A DNA stretch of 64,000 nt from Ruminococcus sp. (GCA_017464765.1 JAFTYK010000035.1:18577-82576), one strand, 5' to 3'; positions 1 through 10,126 are shown, counted from the first letter of the stretch. Translations and numbers: made by a program. Notes: a model not told the origin generated them from the letters alone.

Positions 1-3
1 ACA

Positions 4-1200
4 ATGCGTCCTAAAAAAGAAGCCGTTGCTATGCTTCTTGCCGGTGGACAAGGCTCTCGTCTTGGCGTGCTTACAAAAAAGCTTGCTAAACCTGCTGTGC
101 CTTTCGGCGGTAAATACAGAATCATAGACTTCCCGCTTTCAAACTGTACAAATTCCGGTATCGAAGCTGTTGGCGTACTAACACAGTATCAGCCACTTAT
201 TTTGAACGAGTATGTCGGTAACGGTCAACCTTGGGATTTAGACGGAATCAGCTCTGGCGTTACATGTCTTCAGCCATACGAGTCAAAGGAAGGCTCAGAC
301 TGGTATTCAGGCACAGCTAACGCTATTTATCAGAATATCGATTTTATTGAAAGATATGACCCTGAATATGTTGTTGTTCTCTCAGGTGACCATATTTATA
401 AAATGAACTATGCTGATATGATTAAATATCACAAGAAGAACAACGCTGCTTGTACAATTGCAGTTATTGATGTTCCGCTTGAGGAAGCATCTCGTTTTGG
501 TATTCTAAACACAAACGAAGACGGCTCAATATATGAGTTCGACGAGAAACCTGCTGTTCCTAAAAGCACAAACGCTTCGATGGGTATTTATGTATTCAGC
601 TGGGATAAATTAAAAAAATATCTCATTGAAGACGAAGAAAACGAAAATTCCAGTAACGATTTCGGCAAAGACGTTCTCCCTGCTATGCTTAACGCAGGAG
701 AAAAAATGATGGCTTATCCTTTCGAAGGCTACTGGAAAGACGTTGGTACTATCGACAGCTTGTGGGAAGCTAACATGGACCTTCTCGATCCAAATGTAAC
801 CCTCAGCTTAAAGAACGTTTACTCACGCAATCCGATGATGCCACCACACTATGTTGGTGAAAATGCTGAGATTCAGAACTCTATGATCGCAGACGGATGT
901 ATTGTTGACGGCAAGCTTGAGTTTTCTATCCTCTTCCCTGGTGTTACAATCGGCAAAGGCGCTGTAGTTAACTCATCTATCATTATGCCGGGTGCCGTTA
1001 TCGAGGAAGGTGCTAACATTCAGTTCTCTATTATTTCAGAAAATACTGTCATCGGTAAAAACGCACAGATAGGCAAGAATCCTGCTGATGTAGAAAACCG
1101 TGACGATTGGGGCATCGCTGTTATCGGTGATGGTCTAAAAATTGGTGAAAATGTTGTCATCGAACCAAAAGCGATGATTGACTGCGATGTGGAGGTGTGA
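4..1200 (+). CDS. glgC: glucose-1-phosphate adenylyltransferase large subunit
   Basis: [43 protein letters not shown] and YWKDVGT motifs; C-terminal beta-helix. Confidence 0.97.
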   Translation: MRPKKEAVAMLLAGGQGSRLGVLTKKLAKPAVPFGGKYRIIDFPLSNCTNSGIEAVGVLTQYQPLILNEYVGNGQPWDLDGISSGVTCLQPYESKEGSDWYSGTANAIYQNIDFIERYDPEYVVVLSGDHIYKMNYADMIKYHKKNNAACTIAVIDVPLEEASRFGILNTNEDGSIYEFDEKPAVPKSTNASMGIYVFSWDKLKKYLIEDEENENSSNDFGKDVLPAMLNAGEKMMAYPFEGYWKDVGTIDSLWEANMDLLDPNVTLSLKNVYSRNPMMPPHYVGENAEIQNSMIADGCIVDGKLEFSILFPGVTIGKGAVVNSSIIMPGAVIEEGANIQFSIISENTVIGKNAQIGKNPADVENRDDWGIAVIGDGLKIGENVVIEPKAMIDCDVEV

Positions 1201-1202
1201 TT

Positions 1203-2315
1203 ATGGGATCTAACAGAATTTTAGGCTTGATTTTCGCCAACACATTCGAAGAAAGCTTACCTGAACTCACCGCAAGTCGTACTATGGGTTCAGTTCCTTT
1301 CGGCGGTAAGTACAGACTCATAGACTTTCCTCTTTCAAATATGAGCAACTCCGGTATCAACAACGTTGGTATCATCACAAAGAGCAACTTCCTATCGCTT
1401 ATGGACCATTTAGGAACAGGTAATGCATGGGATTTAGCTAAGCGCAGAAGCGGTCTGACCATACTGCCACCTTATAAAGAACACAACTTTAACGGTATTA
1501 TTGAAACACTTTATACCCTGCACGGGTTCATTGAACACGGTAATGAGGAGTATGTTCTTATAGACCATGCAGGTTGCGTATCGAACTTCAACTATAGAAA
1601 ACTGCTCGAATACCACGAGCATAAAGGCGCTGACATCACCTTCATTTACACAAAAAGAAGCAGAGATTGCGAAGTGCAAACAGCAGGAACTATGCTTGAC
1701 ATTGACGAAAGCGGAAAGGTAACAAAAGTTCTGCTCCCGTCAATTTGCAACAGCGAAACCACCTTTGCTTCAGGTGCATTTCTAATTAAGAAAGAGTTGC
1801 TTATGAATATGGTGAGAAATCTCGTTGCTGAAAACAAAAACGATTTTACAAGAGATTTCCTTCAGCCTAATGTTAGCAAGCTGAAAATCTACGCTTATGA
1901 AAACACAGGCTACTGTGCAATCATCACCTCGATGAAAGATTATTTCAGAGCTAGTATGGAATTGATGGACCCTGAAGTAAGAGCTCATCTTTTCAACCCT
2001 AAGCGCCCTATTTACACCAAGGTCAGAGATGACATTCCTAGCCGTTACGGGTTAGACAGCTCCGTAAAGGGATCTTTAATAGCTCAGGGATGTACTATTG
2101 ACGGAACTGTAGAAAATAGTATAATATCTAAGGGCGTTCGAATTGGAAAAGGCGCACACATTAAAAACTGTATTATTATGCAGGATACAATAATCGGCGA
2201 AAACGCTGACCTCAGCCACATCATCATCGACAAAGATGTCACCGTATCAAATGGCAAGACCATCATTGGCTGTGAGTCATACCCTATGTATATTGCTAAG
2301 CGTTCGGTTATTTGA
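1203..2315 (+). CDS. glgD: ADP-glucose pyrophosphorylase regulatory subunit GlgD
   Basis: GlgC paralogue (PFGGKYRLIDF) lacking the GGxGxRL loop; directly after glgC; ATG 1203 chosen from GGAGG at 1191-1195. Confidence 0.93.
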   Translation: MGSNRILGLIFANTFEESLPELTASRTMGSVPFGGKYRLIDFPLSNMSNSGINNVGIITKSNFLSLMDHLGTGNAWDLAKRRSGLTILPPYKEHNFNGIIETLYTLHGFIEHGNEEYVLIDHAGCVSNFNYRKLLEYHEHKGADITFIYTKRSRDCEVQTAGTMLDIDESGKVTKVLLPSICNSETTFASGAFLIKKELLMNMVRNLVAENKNDFTRDFLQPNVSKLKIYAYENTGYCAIITSMKDYFRASMELMDPEVRAHLFNPKRPIYTKVRDDIPSRYGLDSSVKGSLIAQGCTIDGTVENSIISKGVRIGKGAHIKNCIIMQDTIIGENADLSHIIIDKDVTVSNGKTIIGCESYPMYIAKRSVI

Positions 2316-2329
2316 TTGGAGGCTAATTT

Positions 2330-3757
2330 ATGAAAATCCTTTATTGTGCAAGCGAGGCAAATCCTTTTGCAGGAAGTGGCGGACTCGCTGATGTAGCAGG
2401 CTCTTTACCACATACTTTGTGCAGAAAGGGTCAGGACTGCAGAATCGTTATGCCACTTTACGGTACTATTCCACAGGAACTGAAAAACCAGATGAACTTT
2501 ATCACAAACTTTACTGTTCCTGTTGCATGGCGTCATCAGTACTGCGGTCTTTTCTGGGCTAGATGGAACGACTGTACATACTACTTCATCGACAATGAGT
2601 ATTACTTCAACAGAAACGCTCTTTACGGCTTCTACGATGATGCCGAGAGATTTGCTTTCTTCTCAAGAGCAATACTCGAGATGTTACCTTACATTGATTT
2701 CCATCCGGATATTATTCATACAAACGACTGGCAGACAGCTTTAGTTCCTGTATACTACTATCTCTTCTACTCTAAGAACCCTTGGTACCACAACATCAAG
2801 AGTGTTTTCACTATTCATAACATTCAGTATCAGGGCAAGTATGGTTGGGAAGTCAACACAGAATGCGTTGGTATTCCTGAATCTGAGCAGAAGATTCTCG
2901 AAATGGACGGAAAGCTCAATATGATGAAGGGTGCTATCGAGTGTGCGACACGAGTTACAACTGTTTCTCCTAGCTACGCTGCTGAAATTAAAGACCCATG
3001 GTACAGCCACGGTCTTCACCACTCACTTATCCGCAACCACTATAAGCTGTGCGGTATCCTAAACGGTATCGATGGTATGAGCTACGATCCCGCTACTGAC
3101 TATCAGCTTTACTGCAACTACACTAAAGACAATATGGGTGGTAAGGGCGAATGTAAACGTGCTTTACAGGAACGTCTCAACCTTCCACAGTCCTGGGATA
3201 CTCCTATGGTTGCTATGGTTACACGTCTTGTATCCCACAAGGGTCTCGACCTTGTTCGTGGCGGTCTTGAAGACCTTCTCAACACTCAGAAAATGCAGTT
3301 CGTTATCTTAGGTTCAGGCGACGAAGAGTACGAACAGTTCTTCCGTGATATGCAGTGGAAGTATCCTGACAGAGTTCGTTTCTGTCAGGGATTCATTCCT
3401 GAGCTGGCAAGAAAGATTTACTCAGGTGCTGACATCTTCCTTATGCCTTCTAAGCAGGAGCCTTGCGGTCTTTCACAGATGATTGCTTTACGTTACGGTA
3501 CCATCCCTGTAGTAAGAGAAGTCGGCGGTCTTAAAGACTCTGTATTCGATTCTTACGACAACTACGGAAACGGCTTCACATTCAAAAACTACGATATTGC
3601 TGATATGTGTAACGCTGTTAAGCGTGCTTTAGCAGGTATCTATGATAACGAGGGTTGGCACTACCTGATGTGGAGAGCTATGATGAGCGACAACAGTTGG
3701 GAGCGAAGCGCTCAGGACTACATCAACGTATATCAGGACACTTTAAACTGGTTATAA
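2330..3757 (+). CDS. glgA: glycogen synthase
   Basis: SGGLADV, HTNDWQT, TIHNIQYQG, EPCGLSQM motifs; glg operon context. Confidence 0.96.
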   Translation: MKILYCASEANPFAGSGGLADVAGSLPHTLCRKGQDCRIVMPLYGTIPQELKNQMNFITNFTVPVAWRHQYCGLFWARWNDCTYYFIDNEYYFNRNALYGFYDDAERFAFFSRAILEMLPYIDFHPDIIHTNDWQTALVPVYYYLFYSKNPWYHNIKSVFTIHNIQYQGKYGWEVNTECVGIPESEQKILEMDGKLNMMKGAIECATRVTTVSPSYAAEIKDPWYSHGLHHSLIRNHYKLCGILNGIDGMSYDPATDYQLYCNYTKDNMGGKGECKRALQERLNLPQSWDTPMVAMVTRLVSHKGLDLVRGGLEDLLNTQKMQFVILGSGDEEYEQFFRDMQWKYPDRVRFCQGFIPELARKIYSGADIFLMPSKQEPCGLSQMIALRYGTIPVVREVGGLKDSVFDSYDNYGNGFTFKNYDIADMCNAVKRALAGIYDNEGWHYLMWRAMMSDNSWERSAQDYINVYQDTLNWL

Positions 3758-3762
3758 AAAAC

Positions 3763-3794
3763 AAAACGGAGAGGTCTTCCCTCTCCGTTTTTTT
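3763..3794. terminator. bidirectional intrinsic terminator
   Basis: AAAACGGAGAGG...CCTCTCCGTTTT hairpin between convergent genes. Confidence 0.85.
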
Positions 3795-4398
3795 AGTAAT
3801 CTTCTACGTCGAATTTTTTATCTTTATAGTAATACTGTCTGTCTTCTTCAGTTATCGCTCTAAACACTCTGCACGGATTACCAACCGCCACAACATCACA
3901 AGGTATATCCTTAGTCACTACGCTACCTGAACCTATAACACTGTTATCACCTATCTTAACACCTGGATTAACCACAACATTCGCTCCAATCCACACATTG
4001 TTTCCAATAGTTATCTCGTCAGCATACTCGTATTTTTTACGAGAGATATAGTGTATCGGGTGACCGGCTGATGTTATACAAACATTCGGACCGATAAGCA
4101 CATTATCCCCGATTGTCACTTTCGCACAATCAAGAATAATAAGATTATAGTTAGAATAAAACCCGTCACCAAGTTCAATATTAGTTCCATAGTCACAGCG
4201 AAACGGTGGCTCAATATAAAAACTACCTTTAGTATTCGGGATAAGCTCATGTAAGTATTCATTACGTCTTTTTACATCAAGTGGTTCACAGGTATTCACC
4301 TTGTGACACAGCACCTTTGCTTTCTGACGCTCCTCAAAAAGTCCATCCTCATTAGACAGATACGGTAAACCTTTGAGCATTCTCTCCTTATGATTCAT
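3793..4398 (-). CDS. sugar (maltose/galactoside) O-acetyltransferase
   Basis: IEPPFRCDYG, hexapeptide repeats, VVAVGNPCRV; ATG 4398 after GAGGTGA. Confidence 0.92.
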   Translation of the reverse strand: MNHKERMLKGLPYLSNEDGLFEERQKAKVLCHKVNTCEPLDVKRRNEYLHELIPNTKGSFYIEPPFRCDYGTNIELGDGFYSNYNLIILDCAKVTIGDNVLIGPNVCITSAGHPIHYISRKKYEYADEITIGNNVWIGANVVVNPGVKIGDNSVIGSGSVVTKDIPCDVVAVGNPCRVFRAITEEDRQYYYKDKKFDVEDY

Positions 4399-4462
4399 AT
4401 AATCACCTCTACACCTCATAATATCACAGCAAAATTGCTTTTTCAAGCGTGCAAAAATGCTA

Positions 4463-4491
4463 TTGATTTTGACTTTTGCTTGTGTTATAAT
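4463..4491 (+). promoter_or_regulatory. sigma-A promoter for SRP RNA/dnaX
   Basis: TTGATT-17bp-TATAAT with TGn extended -10. Confidence 0.75.
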
Positions 4492-4501
4492 AAGGCGTAG
4501 C

Positions 4502-4673
4502 GCAAGCCGTATTATTTTTCGTGTAAATAAGCGAGCAACAGGCCCTGTACGATTATGAGCTGTGAACCATGTCAGGCGGGGAACCGAGCAGCATTAAGCA
4601 GATTTCGTGATGCGATACAGTAAGTCTGTTGTTCACTTATTTATGCGAGGGGCCGTTTTCGGCTACGGCTTGC
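4502..4673 (+). ncRNA. ffs: signal recognition particle RNA
   Basis: TCAGGCGG-GGAA-CCGAGCAGC domain IV core; long closing helix GCAAGCCGTA/TACGGCTTGC; upstream of dnaX; ends approximate. Confidence 0.9.
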
Positions 4674-4694
4674 TTTTTTATTAGGAGTGAGACT

Positions 4695-6452
4695 ATGTAT
4701 CAGGTACTATACCGAAAGTATAGACCGTCTACCTTTGAGGACGTTATTGGACAGCCTCAGGTTACGGTTACTTTAAAAAACGAATTAAAGTCCGGTAGAA
4801 TTAACCACGCGTACCTGTTCACAGGCTCACGTGGTACGGGTAAAACAACCTGTGCGAAAATTCTCGCTAAAGCGGTCAACTGTTTAGAGCTTAACGACTC
4901 TAATCCTTGTGGGGTTTGCGAAAACTGTAAAGGTATTGACTCGGGCGAGATTTTAGATGTTGTAGAGATGGACGCAGCGTCCAACCGTAAGATTGACAAT
5001 ATACGCGACATTATTGATGAGGTTGCGTTCACACCTTCTAAAGCCAAATATCGTGTTTACATTATCGACGAGGTTCATATGCTCACAACCGAAGCATTCA
5101 ATGCTTTGCTTAAAACGCTCGAAGAACCTCCAAAACACGTTATCTTTATTTTAGCTACAACTGAAGTACACAAGCTTCCTTCGACCATAACTTCACGTTG
5201 CCAGCGCTTTGATTTTCATCGAATCAAACCTAAAGACATAGCATACAGATTACAGACTATCGCAAAAGCTGAAAGCATCTCGTTAACCGATGAAGCTGCT
5301 TCCCTTATCGCTGTTATCTCAGACGGTGGTATGCGTGATGCTATCTCACTTTTAGACAGATGTATCGGTATAGCCGAAAATGAAGTCACAGCTGAAGTTG
5401 TGCGTAATGCCGCAGGTCTTGCGAGCAAAAACTATCTTTTTGAGCTTTGCACTTGCACGATTAACAAAAATCCTGCGAAAGCCTTGTCTCTTGTTGACAG
5501 ACTTTACGGTGAATCCAAGGACGTAGCCAGACTTTGTGATGAACTCATCTCTCATTTCCGCTCTTTGATGTTAATCAAGACTGTGAACAACCCAAGAGAA
5601 ATGCTAGCTTTTGCAGACAGGGAGTTTGAAGCCGCGCAGTCACAATGCGACTATTTATCTCTCGCTGATATAGTATACTTTATGGACGTGCTTTCCCGTG
5701 CATTTGAACGTATGGGTAAAGGTACAAATAACCGTACTGAACTTGAAATGGCGCTCGTAAAACTTTGTTCACCTGAACTCGACTCAACTACAGAAGCGCT
5801 CACTTCTCGAGTTGCAGCTTTAGAGCGAACAGTTAAGATACTTCAAAACACAGGAGTAGTTGTAAAAGAAACTGTAAAAACTGAGTCTAAGCCTGTTTTA
5901 GATGAAACTGTCGAAGCAATCAAAGCCGAAGATAAATCAAAGGCTGAAACGATAAATAAAGAAGTAGAAAGTATTGCCGAAACCGAAGAAACACCTACCA
6001 TAGACCAGATAGTTGAGACACCTCCACAGCCTGAAAAACCGGAATCTCAAGCAGTTCCACCTATTGAGCCTCAAAAGGTTGTTGAACAACCTAAAAGAGT
6101 TGCAGTTGACCTAAACGCAGTTTATGAAAACGCTGTTCCAATGCACGAATGGCCGGAAGTTATTAATAACTTAAAACAGTATTCACGAGCTATCTCGGCT
6201 GCTTTTGATGGTTCAAGCGCATATATCAGCGGTGACTACCTGCTGATTGACACAGATCAGGACATAGCGTTCCAGCTTCTGAAAAAATCAGCACAACGCG
6301 ATAATATCCGAAAAGCAGTTTTAGAAGTCACAGGAAAAACCTACAAGCTAGGTCCATATAAAAAGCCTCAGATTAGAGAAAAGAAAGATGATGTACTAAG
6401 TAGTTTCATCGCAAATCTAAAAAACTCAGGCATCAACGTTATTGAAGAATAA
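4695..6452 (+). CDS. dnaX: DNA polymerase III subunit gamma/tau
   Basis: LYRKYRP, GSRGTGKT, DEVHML, SRCQ; ATG 4695 after AGGAG. Confidence 0.97.
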   Translation: MYQVLYRKYRPSTFEDVIGQPQVTVTLKNELKSGRINHAYLFTGSRGTGKTTCAKILAKAVNCLELNDSNPCGVCENCKGIDSGEILDVVEMDAASNRKIDNIRDIIDEVAFTPSKAKYRVYIIDEVHMLTTEAFNALLKTLEEPPKHVIFILATTEVHKLPSTITSRCQRFDFHRIKPKDIAYRLQTIAKAESISLTDEAASLIAVISDGGMRDAISLLDRCIGIAENEVTAEVVRNAAGLASKNYLFELCTCTINKNPAKALSLVDRLYGESKDVARLCDELISHFRSLMLIKTVNNPREMLAFADREFEAAQSQCDYLSLADIVYFMDVLSRAFERMGKGTNNRTELEMALVKLCSPELDSTTEALTSRVAALERTVKILQNTGVVVKETVKTESKPVLDETVEAIKAEDKSKAETINKEVESIAETEETPTIDQIVETPPQPEKPESQAVPPIEPQKVVEQPKRVAVDLNAVYENAVPMHEWPEVINNLKQYSRAISAAFDGSSAYISGDYLLIDTDQDIAFQLLKKSAQRDNIRKAVLEVTGKTYKLGPYKKPQIREKKDDVLSSFIANLKNSGINVIEE

Positions 6453-6479
6453 TTCGTTATTAAGAAAGGAAGATATATT

Positions 6480-6845
6480 ATGAAAGCAAGATTACCACAG
6501 GGTTACGGTGGCGGCGGAGCAGGAAATTTACAACAGCTCGCTCGTCAGGCTCAGAAAATGCAGGACGATATGGCAGCAGCTACTGAAGAATTAAACGCAA
6601 AGGAATACGAAGCTACTGCGGGTGGAAACGCCGTTAAAGTGAAGGTTTCAGGTGAACTCGAAGTTAAATCTATCGAAATCGAGCCTGAAGTTGTTGATCC
6701 TGACGATGTAGAAATGCTCTCCGACCTTGTTATGGCTGCTGTTAATGAAGCTTTAAGAGCTGCTAACAAAGACAAGGAAGAAACTATGGAAAAAATCTCA
6801 GGCGGTCTTAACTTAGGCGCTATGGGTATGGGCGGTTTATTCTAA
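6480..6845 (+). CDS. ybaB: YbaB/EbfC nucleoid-associated protein
   Basis: QAQKMQ...[17 protein letters not shown]; dnaX-ybaB-recR synteny. Confidence 0.95.
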   Translation: MKARLPQGYGGGGAGNLQQLARQAQKMQDDMAAATEELNAKEYEATAGGNAVKVKVSGELEVKSIEIEPEVVDPDDVEMLSDLVMAAVNEALRAANKDKEETMEKISGGLNLGAMGMGGLF

Positions 6846-7447
6846 TGGCAAGTTACAACGTAGCTCCATTATCTAAACTTATAGAACAATTCGAGCGTCT
6901 ACCCGGAATTGGCTCAAAGACCGCTCAGCGTCTTGCGTACTTTGTTCTTAATATGCCAAAGGAACAAGCAACTGAATTTTCAACAGCTATACTAGACGCT
7001 CACGAGAAAATTCGTTACTGTGAAGTTTGTTGTAACTTTTCTGAGGGCGAACTTTGCCCTGTCTGCAAAAGCTCAACAAGGGATAAATCAGTCATCTGTG
7101 TTGTAGAAACACCGAGGGATGCTATCGCTCTTGAGAATACTCACGAGTACGATGGTGTATATCATGTACTGCACGGAGCTATCTCCCCTCTTAATGGCAT
7201 CGGTCCTGACCAGCTTTATATAAAACAGCTTTTATCTAGACTTTCTGACGACACAGTCAAAGAAATCATTATGGCAACCAACCCTACAGTCGAAGGCGAA
7301 GCTACTGCTATGTATATCAGCAGACTTTTAAAGCCAATGGGAATTAAAGTCACTCGACTTGCATATGGTATACCTGTAGGTGGTGACCTGGAATATGCTG
7401 ACGAGGTAACACTCGCCAGAGCCTTAGAAGGCAGGAATGAACTTTAA
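6845..7447 (+). CDS. recR: recombination mediator RecR
   Basis: [13 protein letters not shown] HhH, C4 zinc finger, Toprim [12 protein letters not shown]. Confidence 0.97.
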   Translation: MASYNVAPLSKLIEQFERLPGIGSKTAQRLAYFVLNMPKEQATEFSTAILDAHEKIRYCEVCCNFSEGELCPVCKSSTRDKSVICVVETPRDAIALENTHEYDGVYHVLHGAISPLNGIGPDQLYIKQLLSRLSDDTVKEIIMATNPTVEGEATAMYISRLLKPMGIKVTRLAYGIPVGGDLEYADEVTLARALEGRNEL

Positions 7448-7911
7448 TGAAAGAAAGCACTAAAACTATTGCTCAAAACAAAAAAGCCTTTCACGACTAT
7501 TTTGTCGAGGAAAAATACGAAGCCGGAATTGAGCTATGCGGTACTGAGGTTAAATCTCTGCGACAAGGCAGAGTTAACCTCAAGGACTGCTGGTGCAACA
7601 TAGTCGATGGCGAGATTTTTGTTAACTCGATGCACATAAGTCCGTATGAAAGAGGCAATATATTTAACAAAGATCCTTTGCGTGTGAGAAAACTGCTGAT
7701 GCATAAGCGTGAAATCAACAAACTTATCGGCCTCACAAAGCAGGACGGATACTCCCTTATCCCTCTCTCCCTTTACTTTAAAGGTAGCAGAGTGAAAGTT
7801 GAACTCGGACTGTGCAAAGGTAAAAAGCTCTACGACAAACGTGAAGCTATGGCTCAGAAAGCCGCTAAACGCGATATTGAACGCGCTATGAAAGAAAAGC
7901 AACGAGGTTGA
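7447..7911 (+). CDS. smpB: SsrA-binding protein
   Basis: [30 protein letters not shown]. Confidence 0.98.
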   Translation: MKESTKTIAQNKKAFHDYFVEEKYEAGIELCGTEVKSLRQGRVNLKDCWCNIVDGEIFVNSMHISPYERGNIFNKDPLRVRKLLMHKREINKLIGLTKQDGYSLIPLSLYFKGSRVKVELGLCKGKKLYDKREAMAQKAAKRDIERAMKEKQRG

Positions 7912-7930
7912 TGTTATAAATTCAACTTAT

Positions 7931-8274
7931 GGGGATGTAAAGGTTTCGACGGGGATCACAAACCTTGGTAAGCGAGTAGTGGTGAGGCACCACTTTAAAA
8001 GCTTCAACTTTAAAAATAAACAACAACAATAAAGTTGCTTTAGCTGCTTAATGCAGCTCGCTCCCCTATTGAGTACCACGGCAATAGGCTGAGCGTCGAC
8101 TAGTGGTTCCTGTGAACAGCCCACGCCTTTAAGCTGTCACACATAAAAGGCTACTAAAGCACAAAGCCTGTTGTTGGGCGTTGTGCTAAGGGAATGTTAA
8201 TACAGCAACTGCACTCGGAGAAAGCCTTGGGGCGAGGTTTTCGGACAGGAGTTCGATTCTCCTCATCTCCACCA
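7931..8274 (+). ncRNA. ssrA: tmRNA; tag probably (A)NNNKVALAA at 8022-8051
   Basis: GGGGATG/CATCTCC acceptor stem with G3-U, TTCGA T-loop, ACCA end, tag ending ALAA-stop; follows smpB. Confidence 0.96.
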
Positions 8275-9941
8275 CACAATAACACAATTTGTGTAAAAGA
8301 AAGGACGACAGTAATGTCGTCCTTTCCTATTTCTATACGAGAAACATAGAAAGAGATAAATCGTTTAAGTTCATCTAACTTTTTAGCCTTAATCAACCTC
8401 TTGGTTGTTTTGATAAGTTTCTTGAACTCTCCTTCATCAATCTCTTTAGGTTTATGATTCTCCATTTCTGAAATAGACAACTCAATCCTATTCTTCTCCT
8501 GCTCTTTGTCGGAAATTCGATGAAGTATACCATCGCTTGCAATTCCCTTATCAAGGTATCCGTACAAATTCTCAATCTGAGCAGAAATAGCACCCTTCTC
8601 TTTAATAAGAGAGTTAATTCTATTCTTATACTCTGTATCATGCTCCTTCTGGTAATCCTTAAATTCCTCAAGGAGTTTTTTTGACATTTCTGGTGCTAAT
8701 ACCCTCTCACAAATAAGGTCAAGAACAAAATTCTCAAGATAATCACGATTGACTTCTTTGCAATCGCACTTCTCCCCTTTGTTGTGATTGGTGCAACGAT
8801 ATGTCACATACTTCGTCTTATTTCTTCCCGAAAATCTTCTGTTTCCAGTGAATGCATGTCCACACTCTTTACAGAACACTAGACCTGTAAGCAGGTAAGT
8901 TTCTTTTTCTCTCCTGCTTGAAATACCTTGTTTGTTGTCTTCTTTTCTTTTCTGTGCAGTTTCAAAAGTAACCTCATCAACTATAGCAGGAACTCCACCT
9001 GGAACGATAACCATATCCTTTTCCGATTTGTATTCATGATTATTTCGTTTTCCAGTATCGCTCTGCTTTGAAGACCTTCTGCTATACACATATGTCCCCT
9101 TATATTTAGGGTTAGAAATCATATCTGATAAAGCATTTTTAGTAAAAGGATTGCCATTACGAGTTCTAGCACCATTTTCGGTCAGAACTCGTAAAATTTC
9201 TGTGTAACCTTTCTTTTCGTTGTACATCTTAAAAAGCAGTCGGATGTTCTCTGCTTCTTTCTCGTTAATCTCATACAATTTGGTTTCGGGATTAATTTTG
9301 AAGCCATATGGCACATAACCCCCAGTGTATCTACACTGGGAGGCTCTTTCTTTTAGACCACGAGTAACTATTTTTGCAAGATTATTTGAGAAGTACTCAT
9401 CCATTACTTCCATCGTTCCCTCCATAAATCTACCCTCTGGAGTATCATCAATGACCATAGATGAATATACAACTCTAATACCGAGTTGTTCGTACAAGCC
9501 TTTGTACTGGCTACAAATTCGGCGATTTCTAGCAAATCTGTTAGTGGAATAAACGACATAACGATAACCATTGTATTTTTCATCAAGAATATCATTATGT
9601 AACTGCTGAAATGCAACTCTTCTGCTGTTAGTGCCTGACTGGGCAAGGTCAGCATACACTGCACTAACAGTAAGATTAGCACGATTGCAGTATTCAAAAC
9701 AGTCTTTCAACTGTCCCGTAATACTAATCTCGTTTTGATTGGTCGAAGAAAATCTTGCATAGATAACTGCAGCATCCTTTGCCTCTTTGCTTTTTCTTGA
9801 AGTAATCAGATATCGTTCTTCAAACGATGCTCTCTCAAGCGGAACAAGTTCCAGATTGTTTTTTGCGGCAAACTCGTCGATTTCGTTGGTAACCTTTTCT
9901 GCTGGCATTTTTGAGTAAATATATAGTGGGATTTTCTTCAT
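8154..9941 (-). CDS. large serine recombinase (integrase)
   Basis: AVIYARFSS catalytic Ser, NRFARN, GGYVPYGF recombinase domain, YLLTGLVFCKECG zinc ribbon, coiled coil; 3' end runs across attL antisense into tmRNA. Confidence 0.95.
   Translation of the reverse strand: MKKIPLYIYSKMPAEKVTNEIDEFAAKNNLELVPLERASFEERYLITSRKSKEAKDAAVIYARFSSTNQNEISITGQLKDCFEYCNRANLTVSAVYADLAQSGTNSRRVAFQQLHNDILDEKYNGYRYVVYSTNRFARNRRICSQYKGLYEQLGIRVVYSSMVIDDTPEGRFMEGTMEVMDEYFSNNLAKIVTRGLKERASQCRYTGGYVPYGFKINPETKLYEINEKEAENIRLLFKMYNEKKGYTEILRVLTENGARTRNGNPFTKNALSDMISNPKYKGTYVYSRRSSKQSDTGKRNNHEYKSEKDMVIVPGGVPAIVDEVTFETAQKRKEDNKQGISSRREKETYLLTGLVFCKECGHAFTGNRRFSGRNKTKYVTYRCTNHNKGEKCDCKEVNRDYLENFVLDLICERVLAPEMSKKLLEEFKDYQKEHDTEYKNRINSLIKEKGAISAQIENLYGYLDKGIASDGILHRISDKEQEKNRIELSISEMENHKPKEIDEGEFKKLIKTTKRLIKAKKLDELKRFISFYVSRIEIGKDDITVVLSFTQIVLLCGGDEENRTPVRKPRPKAFSECSCCINIPLAQRPTTGFVL
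8263..8275 (+). repeat. attL core
   Basis: TCATCTCCACCAC = tmRNA 3' end; identical copy at 35896-35908. Confidence 0.9.
8299..8333 (+). terminator. element-supplied hairpin/terminator downstream of tmRNA
   Basis: 12-bp perfect stem GAAAGGACGACA-GTAA-TGTCGTCCTTTC inside the integrase CDS; weak U-tract. Confidence 0.6.
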
Positions 9942-10084
9942 ACTGTTGCACTCTCTTTCTTGTAAACTTTGTAAAGCATCTCAATGATGCCAAGTGTTGT
10001 GATTTGTTTTGTTTTTTCGTTATCAGTTAATGCTCTGTCGTAATCTTGTTTGTTCAAATCACTCCTTTTAATTAATGTAGACAT
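9938..10084 (-). CDS. 48-aa protein coupled to the integrase (candidate directionality factor)
   Basis: manual translation MSTLIKRSDLNKQDYDRALTDNEKTKQITTLGIIEMLYKVYKKESATV; GAAAGGAG RBS; ATGA overlap with integrase start. Confidence 0.7.
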   Translation of the reverse strand: MSTLIKRSDLNKQDYDRALTDNEKTKQITTLGIIEMLYKVYKKESATV

Positions 10085-10126
10085 ACAGCGGTCTCCTTTC
10101 AAATTATTATGGTTTCATTTGCAAAT

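Noticed and set aside
4629-4694. N-terminal extension of DnaX
   Set aside because: Overlaps SRP RNA; ATG 4695 has the RBS and conserved start.
7927-8124. 65-aa minus-strand ORF
   Set aside because: Antisense to tmRNA.
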